A stretch of 64,000 bases of DNA from an uncultured candidate division Zixibacteria bacterium (GTDB taxonomy: Bacteria; Zixibacteria; MSB-5A5; UBA10806). The position numbers and the translations under genes are program-made. Below, piece after piece: positions 42,211 through 53,740 of the stretch; the first letter of the stretch is position 1, and each line of letters begins with the position of its first letter. The stretch spans positions 384,001-448,000 of the forward strand of contig CAWDFP010000006.1 in NCBI GenBank assembly GCA_963801605.1, in the 5' to 3' direction. Under the pieces are notes generated by a model that was not told the DNA's origin, ran no database searches, and saw nothing but the letters and a program-made list of their open reading frames with translations.

Positions 42211-42543
42211 ATGTCACCATCGGAACTGCTCAAACAATATGTCATTTTACATAACCAGGGAGTGCAGGGGGCCAGTTTTCAACCATTGATATCGCTGTTT
42301 GCCTTTGATTCTGTTCTCGCTTTCGAAAATAATAAAATCGGAGCCTTTGAAGGGAAAGTCAGGATTGAGGACATATTCCGTAAGCAACCGCCCGAATTTC
42401 TTCTGGGTATCGGTAAAATAGTGGAACAGGGGAATACTGCCACTACTGATTATTTTGACATGAAAGATCCCAAGGTTAAACTTGGTTCCTTAACGCTGAC
42501 AATGGAAGGCGAAAAAATAACGAAATTGATCATCGGGAGTTAG
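42211..42543 (+). CDS. Small NTF2/SnoaL-like protein
   Basis: LFA.D..F.G..I, GEKITKL pattern; co-oriented with its neighbours. Confidence 0.55.
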   Translation: MSPSELLKQYVILHNQGVQGASFQPLISLFAFDSVLAFENNKIGAFEGKVRIEDIFRKQPPEFLLGIGKIVEQGNTATTDYFDMKDPKVKLGSLTLTMEGEKITKLIIGS

Positions 42544-42546
42544 AGA

Positions 42547-43119
42547 ATGACTATAAATCGCTGTTACTTGATTAGAAAAAAGAAAGTTATATACCTGTTT
42601 ATTATTGCGATAGCCATTTTGCTTTTAGGTTCTTGCGCTTCGCATGTTCGACGAGAGATGCCAATCGAAAAGGGATATCTTACCGAGGATATACTCTACG
42701 AGATCAATCAGGATGTCCGTTATACTTATTTCCATTACGCCGATAGTTCAATAGCTTCGGGCCTTATGCTTCGTTGGGAGCCGGATTCGATTTTAATCCA
42801 GGGGCGCGGCGAGATTAAACCGCGAATGATTACAACCGATGGCCTGGTGTATATCGATGCTGTCTCCGGTAATAAAATAGGCCCAGGAATCCTATTGGGG
42901 ACGGCTGCCGCGGGGCTTTATTTCGCTCTGGTACGTGGCTGGGAAATAAATAACGTTACTTTTCTAAGCGCCCTGGGAAAACTACTGGTGCCTCCGGCTA
43001 TCATCGTAACAGCTATCGGAATAGGTTCATCGAAAGAGACAAAAGAAACATATTATTTATCCCCCGGTTTTATATTTGATTATGAAGCCGTTAAGAGGTA
43101 TCATCAGACACTGAAATAA
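42547..43119 (+). CDS. Hypothetical lipoprotein with C-terminal hydrophobic hairpin
   Basis: Lipobox LGSC; two glycine-rich hydrophobic segments. Confidence 0.6.
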   Translation: MTINRCYLIRKKKVIYLFIIAIAILLLGSCASHVRREMPIEKGYLTEDILYEINQDVRYTYFHYADSSIASGLMLRWEPDSILIQGRGEIKPRMITTDGLVYIDAVSGNKIGPGILLGTAAAGLYFALVRGWEINNVTFLSALGKLLVPPAIIVTAIGIGSSKETKETYYLSPGFIFDYEAVKRYHQTLK

Positions 43120-43254
43120 ACATATATTGAACCCAGGGAACCATTCTCGTTTGCCGGATTAACGAATACAGTTGCATAGCATCCTGCACACGATTATACT
43201 ATGGGGTTCGTAAGCGCCCAAAGCGATTTTGCCCGAAGCAAGAGGAGGATACGG

Positions 43255-43680
43255 ATGGATATAGAAGTAAGGCTTGCCGAACAACGAGATTTGGAGATCA
43301 TCCATGATATCCTCGAGGAAATACAGCCCTCAAGTATCAAAGATCGTGCCCAAAGACTTACAGAGGCGCTTGATTCAACTTTTTCATCATATCTGGTGGC
43401 GGTCTCGGCCGGCAAGGTTATCGGTTTCCTAAATATTTGGCACCTCCCGGATATTGTTGACGGCGGCCGCATGGGGATCGTACTCGATTGTTATGTCTCC
43501 ACTGATTATCGCAGGCAGGGTGTCGGGGAAATGCTCCTAAATTCGGGCCTTGAGCTAGGCAAAAAATATGGAATTAATAAATATTACGGCTGGATCTCCC
43601 CCCAAAATAAGGCCGCAGTCGCTCTTCTCAAAAAATTCGGTTTCACGACCGAAAGCCTGATGCTTGAGAAAAAAGCTTAG
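43255..43680 (+). CDS. GNAT N-acetyltransferase
   Basis: V..DYRRQGVG, N.AA..L.K.GF; AGAGGAGG RBS. Confidence 0.85.
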   Translation: MDIEVRLAEQRDLEIIHDILEEIQPSSIKDRAQRLTEALDSTFSSYLVAVSAGKVIGFLNIWHLPDIVDGGRMGIVLDCYVSTDYRRQGVGEMLLNSGLELGKKYGINKYYGWISPQNKAAVALLKKFGFTTESLMLEKKA

Positions 43681-43693
43681 GGGTATGATAATG

Positions 43694-43731
43694 AAGGCGT
43701 CGGATAATATATCCGGCGCCTTTTTTGTTTT
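43694..43731 (+). terminator. Intrinsic terminator
   Basis: AAGGCGTCGGATA..TATCCGGCGCCTTTTTT. Confidence 0.75.
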
Positions 43732-43747
43732 TAAAATTGAATCTAAA

Positions 43748-44746
43748 TTATTTGGTTAGAAAGAGTTTTTTGCCTGACGGTAATAGGCCCCACTGCCCAC
43801 CGGTATGGATAAAAAGGATATTAGACCCCGATGAAAAACGGCCCTCGCTAACCCGAGCGAACAGGCCAAGCAGCGCTTTTGACGTATATGCCGGATCAAG
43901 CACAATGCCTGAATTGGCCGCCACGTCACGGATAAAACGCGTTTCCGCAGGCCCGATTTTGGCATATCCCGGGCCGATAAAATTATCATCGATTTGAATT
44001 TGTTCCGGGTTAAGCCCGAGATCTTTGGAAAGTTCGTTTTCTACCGTCAGGCAAATATCGAATATTCTTTTCTGGAAAAAGAGGCTGTCTCGGCAGACTG
44101 CAAAACCCAAAATATCGATATCCCATCCGCTGATTTTGGCTCCCAGATAAAGCCCGGCGTAGGTGCCACCGGAACCAACCGCAGTAACAATGACGTCGAT
44201 ATCGATGCCAGACGATTCGGTCTGCTTTTTAATCTCTTTGAGAGCTTTAATATAGCCCCAGGCGCCCAAAGGGTCCGAGCCACCTTCTGGGATTATATAC
44301 GGCTTTTTGCCTTTCGACTTAAGGCGTGCGGCCATATCCCGCATAACCTCATCAACTCCGGTTTCGTATTCCTTGACGGAGATAAATTTAACCCTGGCGC
44401 CGAAAAGTTTTGAAAGGAAATAGTTGCCTTCAGGATTGATCGGTTCTTTTCCCTTAAGAACAAGGTGACATTCCACTCCAGCCGTAGCGCAAATCGCCGC
44501 TACCGCCCGACAATGGTTTGACTGCACTCCGCCGCAGGTGATTACCGTATTGCAGCGGGATGCCAAAAGATCATAGAAAAGAAATTCCAGTTTGCGGACC
44601 TTGTTGCCCGAAAGGATCGAGCCGGTAAGATCGTCACGCTTAATAAAAAGGTTCACCCCGGAATCGGGGGATGGTGACAATGGCAGGATCTCGATGGGCG
44701 TGGGCAATTGGGCCAATGAAAAGCGCGGAGGGGGTTGGATAACCAT
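43748..44746 (-). CDS. D-cysteine desulfhydrase / ACC deaminase family
   Basis: IKRDD..GNKVRKLEF, QSNH, IPEGGS, GSGGT.AG, DP.YT.K, FIHTGG. Confidence 0.9.
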   Translation of the reverse strand: MVIQPPPRFSLAQLPTPIEILPLSPSPDSGVNLFIKRDDLTGSILSGNKVRKLEFLFYDLLASRCNTVITCGGVQSNHCRAVAAICATAGVECHLVLKGKEPINPEGNYFLSKLFGARVKFISVKEYETGVDEVMRDMAARLKSKGKKPYIIPEGGSDPLGAWGYIKALKEIKKQTESSGIDIDVIVTAVGSGGTYAGLYLGAKISGWDIDILGFAVCRDSLFFQKRIFDICLTVENELSKDLGLNPEQIQIDDNFIGPGYAKIGPAETRFIRDVAANSGIVLDPAYTSKALLGLFARVSEGRFSSGSNILFIHTGGQWGLLPSGKKLFLTK

Positions 44747-44772
44747 AAAATAATTTAAGCTTTCATTAATAG

Positions 44773-45492
44773 TTATGCGAGGTTTTGTTCGGATTCGGCG
44801 GGTTTGGGAGTATCTTCGGTTCGTTCCGGCAAACCTGAGATAATATTAAGGAACTGCTTGGTTTCCTCGAGTCGATACCCCGGCAGGTCCAAAACACCCG
44901 GAATCTGGCGGATCTCGGCGGGGGTATAAGCTGATCGGAATGATTTTTTTAGATCGTCGGCAATCTCTTTGCCCATTTCGAATCTAATTTGCTGCACGAA
45001 AAACGTGAAAGGTATGCCGGGCTGATCGCGCCTGAAATCTGAAACATAGACAATACTGTTTTTCTTCCGTACCCTTTCAATTTCGGCGAAGATTTTCTGA
45101 GGTTCATTCCATTGGTGAAGCGCCAGGAAACTTACAACCGCGTCGAATTCCCCGTCGCCAAATGGAAATTTGTCCTCTTGCCAATATTTGGGCGTTATCC
45201 TGCCGTTGTAGCCGTGCCGTGAGGTGATGACTTCGGCGGCCCGCACCAGGGTTCGCGATTTTTCAAGCCCTATTACGGTAGAATACTCATCAAGCGAGCA
45301 TATCCTCATGCCCAGAATACCAAAGCCGCATCCCAAATCAAGAACCCGGCCTTCGATATTTTTGGAGGCAACAATGGTCTCGACCAGTTCAGTGTAATAC
45401 TGACGGAGATTGAGGTCGAAGAATTCGAAGTATTTGTCAACGTCGTGGTAATCTACGTCCTGGTTTGACCACGATACTCGTTTTTTCGGCAT
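44773..45492 (-). CDS. Class I SAM-dependent methyltransferase
   Basis: VLDLGCGFG, FPF.D.EFDAVVS..LH.W, D.RRD. Confidence 0.85.
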   Translation of the reverse strand: MPKKRVSWSNQDVDYHDVDKYFEFFDLNLRQYYTELVETIVASKNIEGRVLDLGCGFGILGMRICSLDEYSTVIGLEKSRTLVRAAEVITSRHGYNGRITPKYWQEDKFPFGDGEFDAVVSFLALHQWNEPQKIFAEIERVRKKNSIVYVSDFRRDQPGIPFTFFVQQIRFEMGKEIADDLKKSFRSAYTPAEIRQIPGVLDLPGYRLEETKQFLNIISGLPERTEDTPKPAESEQNLA

Positions 45493-45977
45493 GTCTCTAT
45501 ATTCGGCTAAACGAACAGTTTTGTCAAGTCCTTATGAAAGAATTTTTATTAGATATTTCAATTTTAGCTCCGAAATTTATTCTGGGGGCTGATTAAATTA
45601 TCTAACTATTAGATTTGTTTTTATGAAATTTATTAAGGGGCTAATATCAATAAAATAAAAAATATCATAATATCAGGTCCTTATTTAATAATTTATGACA
45701 TCTGGCGTAACAATAGGACTTTTATAATACAAATTTGGTATGCTTTGCTTATAAATCGAGACAAAGCCTTTTTATTTTATATTAATTCGTTGTCAGAAAC
45801 CGGTTGAATTCATTGGTTTCATCTCCTATACTGGCTCCGTAGTTTTATCTTGTTCTGGAACAACTATAATAAGATTTAGGTTAAGCGCATTGTAGAAGGT
45901 GGCGCTTTCCAGCGGGTGAGGGCACATTTTCGCCAAAAAGAAAGCCGGGCTGGGGAATCAGACAAGGATGAGCGAGT

Positions 45978-46625
45978 TTGGCGCAGATATTTCCCGAATG
46001 GACCAATAAAATTCCCACTATAATAGCGATTACCGTCGCCGTTTTTATCGTCGCGGTAATTGGCTTTTTCTGGTATTATGGCTCGCCCCGCTATACCGAT
46101 GTTGGATACCGTCCAATTCAACCGGTTTACTACAGCCATAATTTGCATGCCGGCGATTTGGGGATCGATTGCCGTTATTGCCATTACGATATCGAATATT
46201 CATCGGTGGCTAATTTACCCCCGACTCAAGTGTGTATGAACTGCCATAAAATTATCGGAACCGATAATGACAGGCTGCAGCCGGTCAGAGATAGCTGGGC
46301 GAACGATATTCCGATTCGATGGGTGAGAGTTCATTCGCTTCCGGATTACGCCTATTTTAACCACGCCGCTCATTTGCGCGCCGGGGTGGGATGTTCTACC
46401 TGTCATGGTAATATTGCGGCCATGGAGGTTGTAGAACAGAAACAACCGTTATCAATGGGTTGGTGCCTGGATTGTCATCGCAATCCCGGACCGAGCCTTC
46501 GTCCCTTAGATCAGATTACCAACATGACCTGGAAGGCGCCATCCAACCAACAAGAGATCGCCTCAAAGCTTATCGAGGATAGAAAGATCGCTCCGCCGGT
46601 CGAATGTTCGGGATGTCACAGATGA
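45978..46625 (+). CDS. actA: Alternative complex III pentaheme cytochrome c
   Basis: N-terminal TM; five CxxCH (CRYCH, CMNCH, CSTCH, CLDCH, CSGCH). Confidence 0.93.
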   Translation: MAQIFPEWTNKIPTIIAITVAVFIVAVIGFFWYYGSPRYTDVGYRPIQPVYYSHNLHAGDLGIDCRYCHYDIEYSSVANLPPTQVCMNCHKIIGTDNDRLQPVRDSWANDIPIRWVRVHSLPDYAYFNHAAHLRAGVGCSTCHGNIAAMEVVEQKQPLSMGWCLDCHRNPGPSLRPLDQITNMTWKAPSNQQEIASKLIEDRKIAPPVECSGCHR

Positions 46626-49600
46626 AAAAATACTGGCAAAACATAAACGAATTGTCCGCAGAACCGCTAAAGAACGAACTCCAGGATATTCCGGGATTAT
46701 TAGCCGAGATTTCTGATCCGGTTAATCGCAGGAAATTTCTGTCTATTATGGGAGCTTCGATGGCGATGGCAGGTTTTGCCGGATGCCGTCGGCCGCTTGA
46801 GCATATTGTTCCCTATGTCAAAGCTCCGGAGGAGATCATTCCGGGCGTAGCTAATTACTATGCTACCACTATGCCCTTTGGAGTTGACGCTTTTGGTTTA
46901 ATTGTGGAATGCCACGAGGGCCGTCCCACTAAAATCGAGGGCAACCCGGATCATCCGTCAACGTATCGGAAGGTCAAATCCATTCATTCAGGCGTCGATT
47001 CTCCAGCTATACGATCCGGATCGCTCTAAAAGCGTGAAGAAGGGGGGCGCTGAATCAAGCTGGGCTGATTTCGTCTCTTTCTGGAATGATTCGATGCCCG
47101 CGCTTCAAGCCAACGGCGGAGCTGGTTTGGCTATTTTAAGCGAGCAATTTTCATCGCCCACTATGGCGCTATTAAAAGATCGATTCCTCAAATTATATCC
47201 GCAAGCCAAATGGGTGAATTACGAGCCAATAAGTGATGAGAATGTTTATGACGGTATCAAGATTGCTACCGGAAAAACTTATCAGCCGGTTTATCATTTC
47301 GATAAAACTAAGGTCGTCCTTTCACTCGATTCCGATTTCCTCTATTCGGAAAGCGATAGCGTCAGAAACGCCAAAGGCTTTGCCGATGGCCGCCGCGTGA
47401 AATCCGAGAATGACGAAATGAATCGCCTTTATGTAGTTGAGAGTGCTTTCACGCTCACAGGAGCAATGGCGGACCATAGGATCGCGTTTCCCGCCAATCT
47501 GACCAGCGCTTGCGCTACAGGCCTTTATAATGAGCTCATGCGTCAGGGGCTGCAGATCCCAGAGTCACATCTGCTTTCTCGTTCAGAAAGCGGGTTTTTT
47601 AATAAAATGATACAGGTCGCCGCAAGTGATCTCTTAAAAGTAAAAGGCGAGGGCTTGATCTTAGTCGGACGAAACCAGCCGCCCCAGGTGCATGCTTTGG
47701 TTTTCGCGTTAAATTCTGCGCTCGGCAATGTCGGAAATACCGTTACTTATCATGAAAATCCCGATGCTTTATACTCGAGCCTTTCCGATTTCTCCGATCT
47801 GTGCGCCGAAATGAGAACCGGTAAAATTACAACTCTGGTAATATTGGGCGGTAATCCCGCCTATAATGCGCCAGTTGATTTGGGTTTTTCTGAGGCTCTT
47901 AAAAACGTTCCTAATACAATTCGGCTCGGAAAGTTCGAGGATGAAACCTCAAGTTTATGCCAGTGGCATCTCCCCGAAACACACTATCTCGAAAGCTGGG
48001 GCGATGCCCGATCAGTTGATGGCACTCTGAGCGTCATTCAGCCGATGATTGCACCGCTGTATGGTGGAAGAAGCCCATTCGAGGTAGCTGCCTTTCTTTC
48101 CAGCGGGCAGGAAAGCGGCGGATATGACATTATTCGCGAAACCTGGAAAAATATCATAACCGGACCAAATTTCGAAAAATCCTGGAACCGTGTTCTAAAT
48201 GATGGTTTTTATAAAGGAAATTCATTACCGGATATTGTACCTAAGGTAAATCCCCAATCCGCGAATGGGGACTCCATATCACCTAAAGTTCCCGAAGAGA
48301 ATCCCCGCTCGAATAATTATGAAATTATTTTCCGTCCATCTAATACAATCTTCGATGGCTGCTACGCCAACAACGCCTGGCTACAGGAGTTGCCCGATCC
48401 GCTCACCAAGCTAACCTGGGATAACCCCGCCCTGATAAGCCCGAAGAACGCCCGCGAGCTGTCGCTTTCAAACGGCGATATGGTCAGGTTAAGCTACCGC
48501 GGCCAAAAGCTTGAGATACCGGTTTGGATCATGCCCGGACAGGCTGAAAATACCATCATACTCAACTTAGGTTACGGCCGAAAAAAAGCCGGTCAGGTTG
48601 GAAACGATGTAGGCTTCGATACCTATCAGCTTAGAAAATCCAGTGATCTATACTTTGCCTACGGCCTTTCGCTCGAAAAGACTGGAGAAACATATCCTCT
48701 GGCCACGTCTCAGGTGCAAGGCACAATGGTTGGCCGTCCGATAGTCCGCGAGGCAACCCTGGCATATTATAAAGAGCATCCCAATTTCGCGCCGGAAGAG
48801 GTGGAATCTAAGGACCCTCATTCACTCTGGAAAGAACATCAGTTCGATAAGGGCAATCAGTGGGGGATGGCAATAGATCTTACCGTTTGTATCGGCTGCG
48901 GAGCCTGTACTATGGCCTGCCAGAGCGAAAACAATATTCCTATAGTCGGCAAAGAGCAGGTCTCTAAAAACCGCTGGATGCATTGGATCAGGGTCGATCG
49001 TTATTTCAGCGGGGATTCCGATAATCCCGAGATTGTTCATCAACCGGTACCCTGTATGCATTGCGAAATGGCGCCCTGCGAACAGGTCTGCCCGGTCAAC
49101 GCCACTGTGCATGATCACGAAGGTCTCAACCTGCAGGTTTACAACCGATGCATCGGGACTCGTTACTGTTCCAATAACTGTCCTTATAAAGTTCGACGAT
49201 TTAACTTTTTCAATTATACAAACAAAACCGCTGAGACTCTCAAGATGCTGATGAACCCCAACGTTACCGTTCGTGGACGGGGGGTAATGGAAAAGTGTAC
49301 GTACTGCCTGCAGCGGATCAAAAAGGGAGAGTTTGCGGCCAAAGGAGAAAACCGCGATATCCGTGACGGCGAGGTCGTTGCGGCTTGCTCACAGGCCTGC
49401 CCGACCAATGCTATCGTTTTCGGGCTTATATCCGATTCGAAGAGCAGAGTGACTGAAACTAAAAAACAAAATCGAAATTATGGGATGCTTACTGAATATA
49501 ACACTCGGCCAAGGACAACTTATCTGGCCAAGATTCGCAATCCTCATCCGGAATTAGAGGCGCTGGAGCAGAAAACAGAGACATTCGGATTAATACTTGA

Positions 49601-49664
49601 TGAATACCGCCGGAAAATCATCGCAAGTTTTAAGCCCGGTAGAAGAGCCGCTCATCACGGGTAA
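46622..49664 (+). CDS. actB: Alternative complex III ActB (molybdopterin-oxidoreductase-like plus Fe-S domain); one apparent extra base near 46964
   Basis: Tat [27 protein letters not shown]; Cys clusters CIGCGAC, CMHC..C..VCP, CIGTRYC..NCP, KC..C..C..CP. Confidence 0.92.
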
Positions 49665-51021
49665 CCCCTCTTTCCATGAGGTGACCGATAGAATTTGCCA
49701 TGTGGTTGAGGAAAAAACTCCGCGGGGCTGGTATATAATGATCAGCATCACCGGGCTGATTGCGCTGGTATTTCTGGCTTTTTTATATCATCTCTTTTTC
49801 GTAGGCATCGGAATTTGGGGAAATCAGATTCCGGTGGGCTGGGCGTTCGATATCACCAATTTCGTCTTCTGGGTCGGTATTGGCCATGCCGGGACTCTCA
49901 TCTCAGCAATTTTATTTTTGCTGCGTCAGCGCTGGAGAACCTCGATCAACCGTTTCGCGGAGGCCATGACGATCTTCGCCATTATCTGCGCCGGCATTTG
50001 GCCCGCTATTCACGTGGGACGCCCCTGGCTTCTTTACTATGTATTTCCGGTGCCCAACCAGATGAGCATCTGGCCTGACTTCCGCAGCCCGCTTCTCTGG
50101 GATTTCTTTGCAGTGGGAACATATTTTACCTGTTCGCTTCTTTTCTGGTATTTAGGTATGGTTCCCGATTTGGCGACTCTTAGGAATCGCGCCAAAAGCA
50201 GGTTCAAAAAGATCAGCTATGGCCTGTTATCATTGGGCTGGCGCGGAGGTAACCGTCAATGGCAGCATTACGAGGTTGCCTATCTGCTTTTGGCGGGCAT
50301 TTCTACGCCTTTGGTGCTATCTGTCCACAGCGTGGTGAGCACAGATTTTGCCACCAGCCTGCTGCCGGGCTGGCACAGTACCATTTTCCCGCCATATTTT
50401 GTGGCCGGAGCCATATTCTCCGGCTTTGCTATGGTGATGACTCTGGGCATTATTGCCCGTCGAGTTTTCCATTTGGAAAACTTTATAACCATCCGCCACT
50501 TTGACAGGATGTGTAAAATAGTCCTCGTTACCGGGCTTATGGTAGGCTACTCCTACTTAATTGAATTCTTCATGGCCTGGTATAGCGGCAATATCTACGA
50601 GAAATTTGCCTTCATGAATCGCGCTTTCGGTCCTTATGCCTGGGCTTATTGGATTATGATCGTCTGCAATATGTTCGTGCCGCAGATCTTCTGGTTTAAG
50701 AGGATGCGCACGACTATTCCGGTGATATTCATCGCCTCGCTTCTGATAAATGTGGGGATGTGGTTTGAGCGCTTCGTGATTATCGTTACATCGCTGGCAC
50801 ACGATTTTCTACCGTCAAGCTGGCATTACTATAAGCCCACGATTTTTGATATCGGAATGCTGGTTGGCTCTTTTGGAATATTTTTAACTCTCTTCCTCCT
50901 GTTCCTGCGCTCACTTCCTATGATCGCCATGTCAGAAGTCAAGGCTATCCTGCCTCAGGCATCAACCCACACAAACGTCAATGAGAGCGTAAATCGCAAC
51001 ACAAACGGGCCGGCAGGGTAG
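49600..51021 (+). CDS. actC: Alternative complex III ActC (NrfD family)
   Basis: [36 protein letters not shown]. Confidence 0.93.
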   Translation: MNTAGKSSQVLSPVEEPLITGNPSFHEVTDRICHVVEEKTPRGWYIMISITGLIALVFLAFLYHLFFVGIGIWGNQIPVGWAFDITNFVFWVGIGHAGTLISAILFLLRQRWRTSINRFAEAMTIFAIICAGIWPAIHVGRPWLLYYVFPVPNQMSIWPDFRSPLLWDFFAVGTYFTCSLLFWYLGMVPDLATLRNRAKSRFKKISYGLLSLGWRGGNRQWQHYEVAYLLLAGISTPLVLSVHSVVSTDFATSLLPGWHSTIFPPYFVAGAIFSGFAMVMTLGIIARRVFHLENFITIRHFDRMCKIVLVTGLMVGYSYLIEFFMAWYSGNIYEKFAFMNRAFGPYAWAYWIMIVCNMFVPQIFWFKRMRTTIPVIFIASLLINVGMWFERFVIIVTSLAHDFLPSSWHYYKPTIFDIGMLVGSFGIFLTLFLLFLRSLPMIAMSEVKAILPQASTHTNVNESVNRNTNGPAG

Positions 51022-51026
51022 CAACA

Positions 51027-51563
51027 ATGGCAAAGAATAAAAATAAAATCATCCTGGTTCAATTTGAAAGCCCCGAAAAACTTCTTAGGGCCGCAGGTGA
51101 AATACACAAAGCCGGGTATAGTAATTTTGATTGTCATTCGCCATTTCCCGTACATGGCCTCGATAGAGCCATGGGCCTAAAAAGATCTAAGCTTTCGATG
51201 CTCGTTGGGCTTTTTGCCCTGATCGGCCTTGCCGGCGCCTTTCTGATGCAGTACTGGATGTCGGCAGTAGACTACCCTCTTCTTGTTTCGGGCAAACCGT
51301 TTAATAGTTATCAAACCGATACCCCGGTTGTCTTTGCACTGGCGGTACTCCTCGCGGCGTTTGCTTCTTTCTTTGGGATGTTGATAATAACGAGATTGCC
51401 TCGCTATCATCATCCTTTATTCTCATCGGAACGCTTTGAGATGTTTTCGGATAACGGCTTTTTCATCAGCGTGGAATCCGGCGATCCCAAATTCGATCTC
51501 GAAAAAACGTCTGCTTTTCTCTCCGAAATTGGGGGAACAGATCTGGAGGTATTGGAGGCATGA
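51027..51563 (+). CDS. actD: Alternative complex III ActD (DUF3341)
   Basis: SPFPVHG, DYPL.V.GKP, two TM segments. Confidence 0.9.
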   Translation: MAKNKNKIILVQFESPEKLLRAAGEIHKAGYSNFDCHSPFPVHGLDRAMGLKRSKLSMLVGLFALIGLAGAFLMQYWMSAVDYPLLVSGKPFNSYQTDTPVVFALAVLLAAFASFFGMLIITRLPRYHHPLFSSERFEMFSDNGFFISVESGDPKFDLEKTSAFLSEIGGTDLEVLEA

Positions 51564-52159
51564 AACGCGGTCTGATCATCGGTATTGGGCTAATATTATT
51601 TTTGGGCTGCGTTAAGGGTGTTCCCTCGGATAAGCCTCCGATACATATAATTCGAGATATGTATAATCAGCCCCGTTATGATCCCCAATCGGAGAGCAAG
51701 TTTTTCGCAGACAGCGCCTCGATGCGCCAGCCCGTTCCCGGGACAGTGGATAGAGGGGACGCCAAAGAAGATAGCGCTTATTATTTCGGTCAAGACAGCC
51801 AGGGAAATTATATTCAGATATCGCCGGCGCATATAACCCTCGATTTTCTCAAGCGCGGACAGGAGCGATTCAACATCTACTGCTCTCCATGTCATAGCCG
51901 TCTGGGGGATGGTAAAGGGATAGTTGTACAGCGAGGCTACTTGCCTCCGCCAAGTTTCCACACTGATCGCATTCGGAATTTTCCCGATGGTGAGTTTTTC
52001 GATGTCATCTCCAATGGGGTGCGGAATATGCCGTCCTACGGCGCCCAGATTAAAGTTGCGGATCGATGGGCAATCGTTGGCTATGTCCGGGCTCTTCAAT
52101 TAAGTCAGAATGCTCATTTAGAGGATATCCCTGCCGAATTGCGTGGCAGTATTAAATGA
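51560..52159 (+). CDS. actE: Alternative complex III ActE monoheme lipoprotein
   Basis: Lipobox LGC; CSPCH; MPSY..DRWAIV.Y.RAL. Confidence 0.9.
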   Translation: MKRGLIIGIGLILFLGCVKGVPSDKPPIHIIRDMYNQPRYDPQSESKFFADSASMRQPVPGTVDRGDAKEDSAYYFGQDSQGNYIQISPAHITLDFLKRGQERFNIYCSPCHSRLGDGKGIVVQRGYLPPPSFHTDRIRNFPDGEFFDVISNGVRNMPSYGAQIKVADRWAIVGYVRALQLSQNAHLEDIPAELRGSIK

Positions 52160-52166
52160 GAAAAAG

Positions 52167-53348
52167 ATGATGGAACGGGATAAGTTTAACTTGGGAAATA
52201 GGGTCGGTTTTGGGGATCGAGCCTTAATCGTTGGGATAGTCGGACTCGTTCTAAGCTTAGCGGGATTTTTTATAGATCGAGGTCACTTTTTCCATTCATA
52301 TCTTATAGCCTATGTCTTCTGGCTTACCGTCGGTCTGGGAGCTCTCTTCTTCACGATGCTTCATCATCTGGTGAACTCGACCTGGAGCGTGGCGCTGAGA
52401 AGAATCTCCGAAAACATAATGAGCACCCTGCCGCTTCTGGCGATTTTCGTCATACCGATTCTTTTAGGTATAGGAAACCTCTATCATTGGAGTCAGCCTA
52501 ATATAGTGGCCCAAGATCAGCTTTTGCAGGGTAAAACTGCTTATCTAAATGTGCCCTTTTTTATCATTAGAACGGTTCTCTACCTGACGGTTTGGACTTT
52601 GTTAGTCCGTGCCCTTTATGCTCAATCGGTTAAGCAGGATGAGGGTTTTGAGGAAAGCCGACTTATTAAAATGCGCCGTATAAGCGCACCGGGCATGATA
52701 GCATTTGCATTCACCTTGACCTTCGCCTCTTTTGATTGGCTGATGTCGCTCAACGCCTCCTGGTACTCCACCGCCTTTGGAGTTTATATTTTCTCCGGAA
52801 GCGTTCTCGCGGGCTTGGCTTTTATCACTCTGACTGTAATCTACCTAAACAATCAGGGTTATTTGAGAGATGTTATTACCTCGGAACATTATCATGATCT
52901 CGGCAAGCTTCTATTTACATTTGTAGTTTTTTGGGGATATATAGCGTTTGCCCAATACTTTTTGATCTGGTATGGAAATATACCCGAGGAAACCCAGTGG
53001 TTTAAGGCGCGCTGGGGCGGATTCTGGCAGTTTGTCACCCTGCTGATTGTATTCGGTCATTTCGTTTTTCCATTTGTGGTACTTATAACGCGTGGAGCCA
53101 AGCGCAGTTTACCGATTATGGCTTTTATGGGTATTTGGCTTTTATTTATTCATTGGGTTGATATTTATTGGGTGGTAATGCCCAGTCATCCCGAGCATAT
53201 TATTCAGTCGATCTGGATTGATTTTGTAACCATGGCCGGGGTTGGGGGAATTTTCTTCTGGTATTTCTGGCGTCGAATGAAAGCCGCCGCCCTGGTGCCG
53301 ATAACCGAGCCTAATCTTAAAGCCTCGATTGATTTTCAGAGCGATTAG
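52167..53348 (+). CDS. actF: Alternative complex III ActF
   Basis: Polytopic; DW.MS..WYST, DLGK, LIWYGNIPEE. Confidence 0.9.
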   Translation: MMERDKFNLGNRVGFGDRALIVGIVGLVLSLAGFFIDRGHFFHSYLIAYVFWLTVGLGALFFTMLHHLVNSTWSVALRRISENIMSTLPLLAIFVIPILLGIGNLYHWSQPNIVAQDQLLQGKTAYLNVPFFIIRTVLYLTVWTLLVRALYAQSVKQDEGFEESRLIKMRRISAPGMIAFAFTLTFASFDWLMSLNASWYSTAFGVYIFSGSVLAGLAFITLTVIYLNNQGYLRDVITSEHYHDLGKLLFTFVVFWGYIAFAQYFLIWYGNIPEETQWFKARWGGFWQFVTLLIVFGHFVFPFVVLITRGAKRSLPIMAFMGIWLLFIHWVDIYWVVMPSHPEHIIQSIWIDFVTMAGVGGIFFWYFWRRMKAAALVPITEPNLKASIDFQSD

Positions 53349-53360
53349 GAAATAGCATAA

Positions 53361-53723
53361 ATGAGCGAACACGAAAACAAATCGAATCCGACCCCAGGAT
53401 ATGAATCACGCGACCCCAAAATGGGACGAATTGTACTTATAGGTTTGGGTTCGATTGTATTTTTGGTTGTGGCAATCTATATATTAAATGAGGTCTTTAC
53501 AATCTCAAAAAATAAATTAGTGGAGGATGTTACCTTAACTCCGGTTTCGATCCCCCTGAGAGAGCTTCGAAGCCACGAGGATGAGGTGCTAAACTCCTAT
53601 AAAATCCTCGATTCGGCGCAAGGCGTGTATCAAATTCCTATTGAGCGAGCCATGGAAATAATTTCTGACAAAGCTAATCAACTGCATGGAATAAAATCCG
53701 AGGGGAACCTCGAAGGAAAATAG
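53361..53723 (+). CDS. ActG-like single-TM subunit
   Basis: GYE..D, one TM, YQIPIERAM; follows actF. Confidence 0.7.
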   Translation: MSEHENKSNPTPGYESRDPKMGRIVLIGLGSIVFLVVAIYILNEVFTISKNKLVEDVTLTPVSIPLRELRSHEDEVLNSYKILDSAQGVYQIPIERAMEIISDKANQLHGIKSEGNLEGK

Positions 53724-53740
53724 AGAGTCCTAATCAGGTA

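Noticed and set aside
45500..45977. Riboswitch or ncRNA upstream of the ACIII operon
   Set aside because: AT-rich promoter region; I could not match a known aptamer or a clean FNR/Rex site.
49597..49664. 68-nt actB/actC overlap as a special feature
   Set aside because: Could result from another indel near the actB stop or a later actC start; not interpretable without reads.
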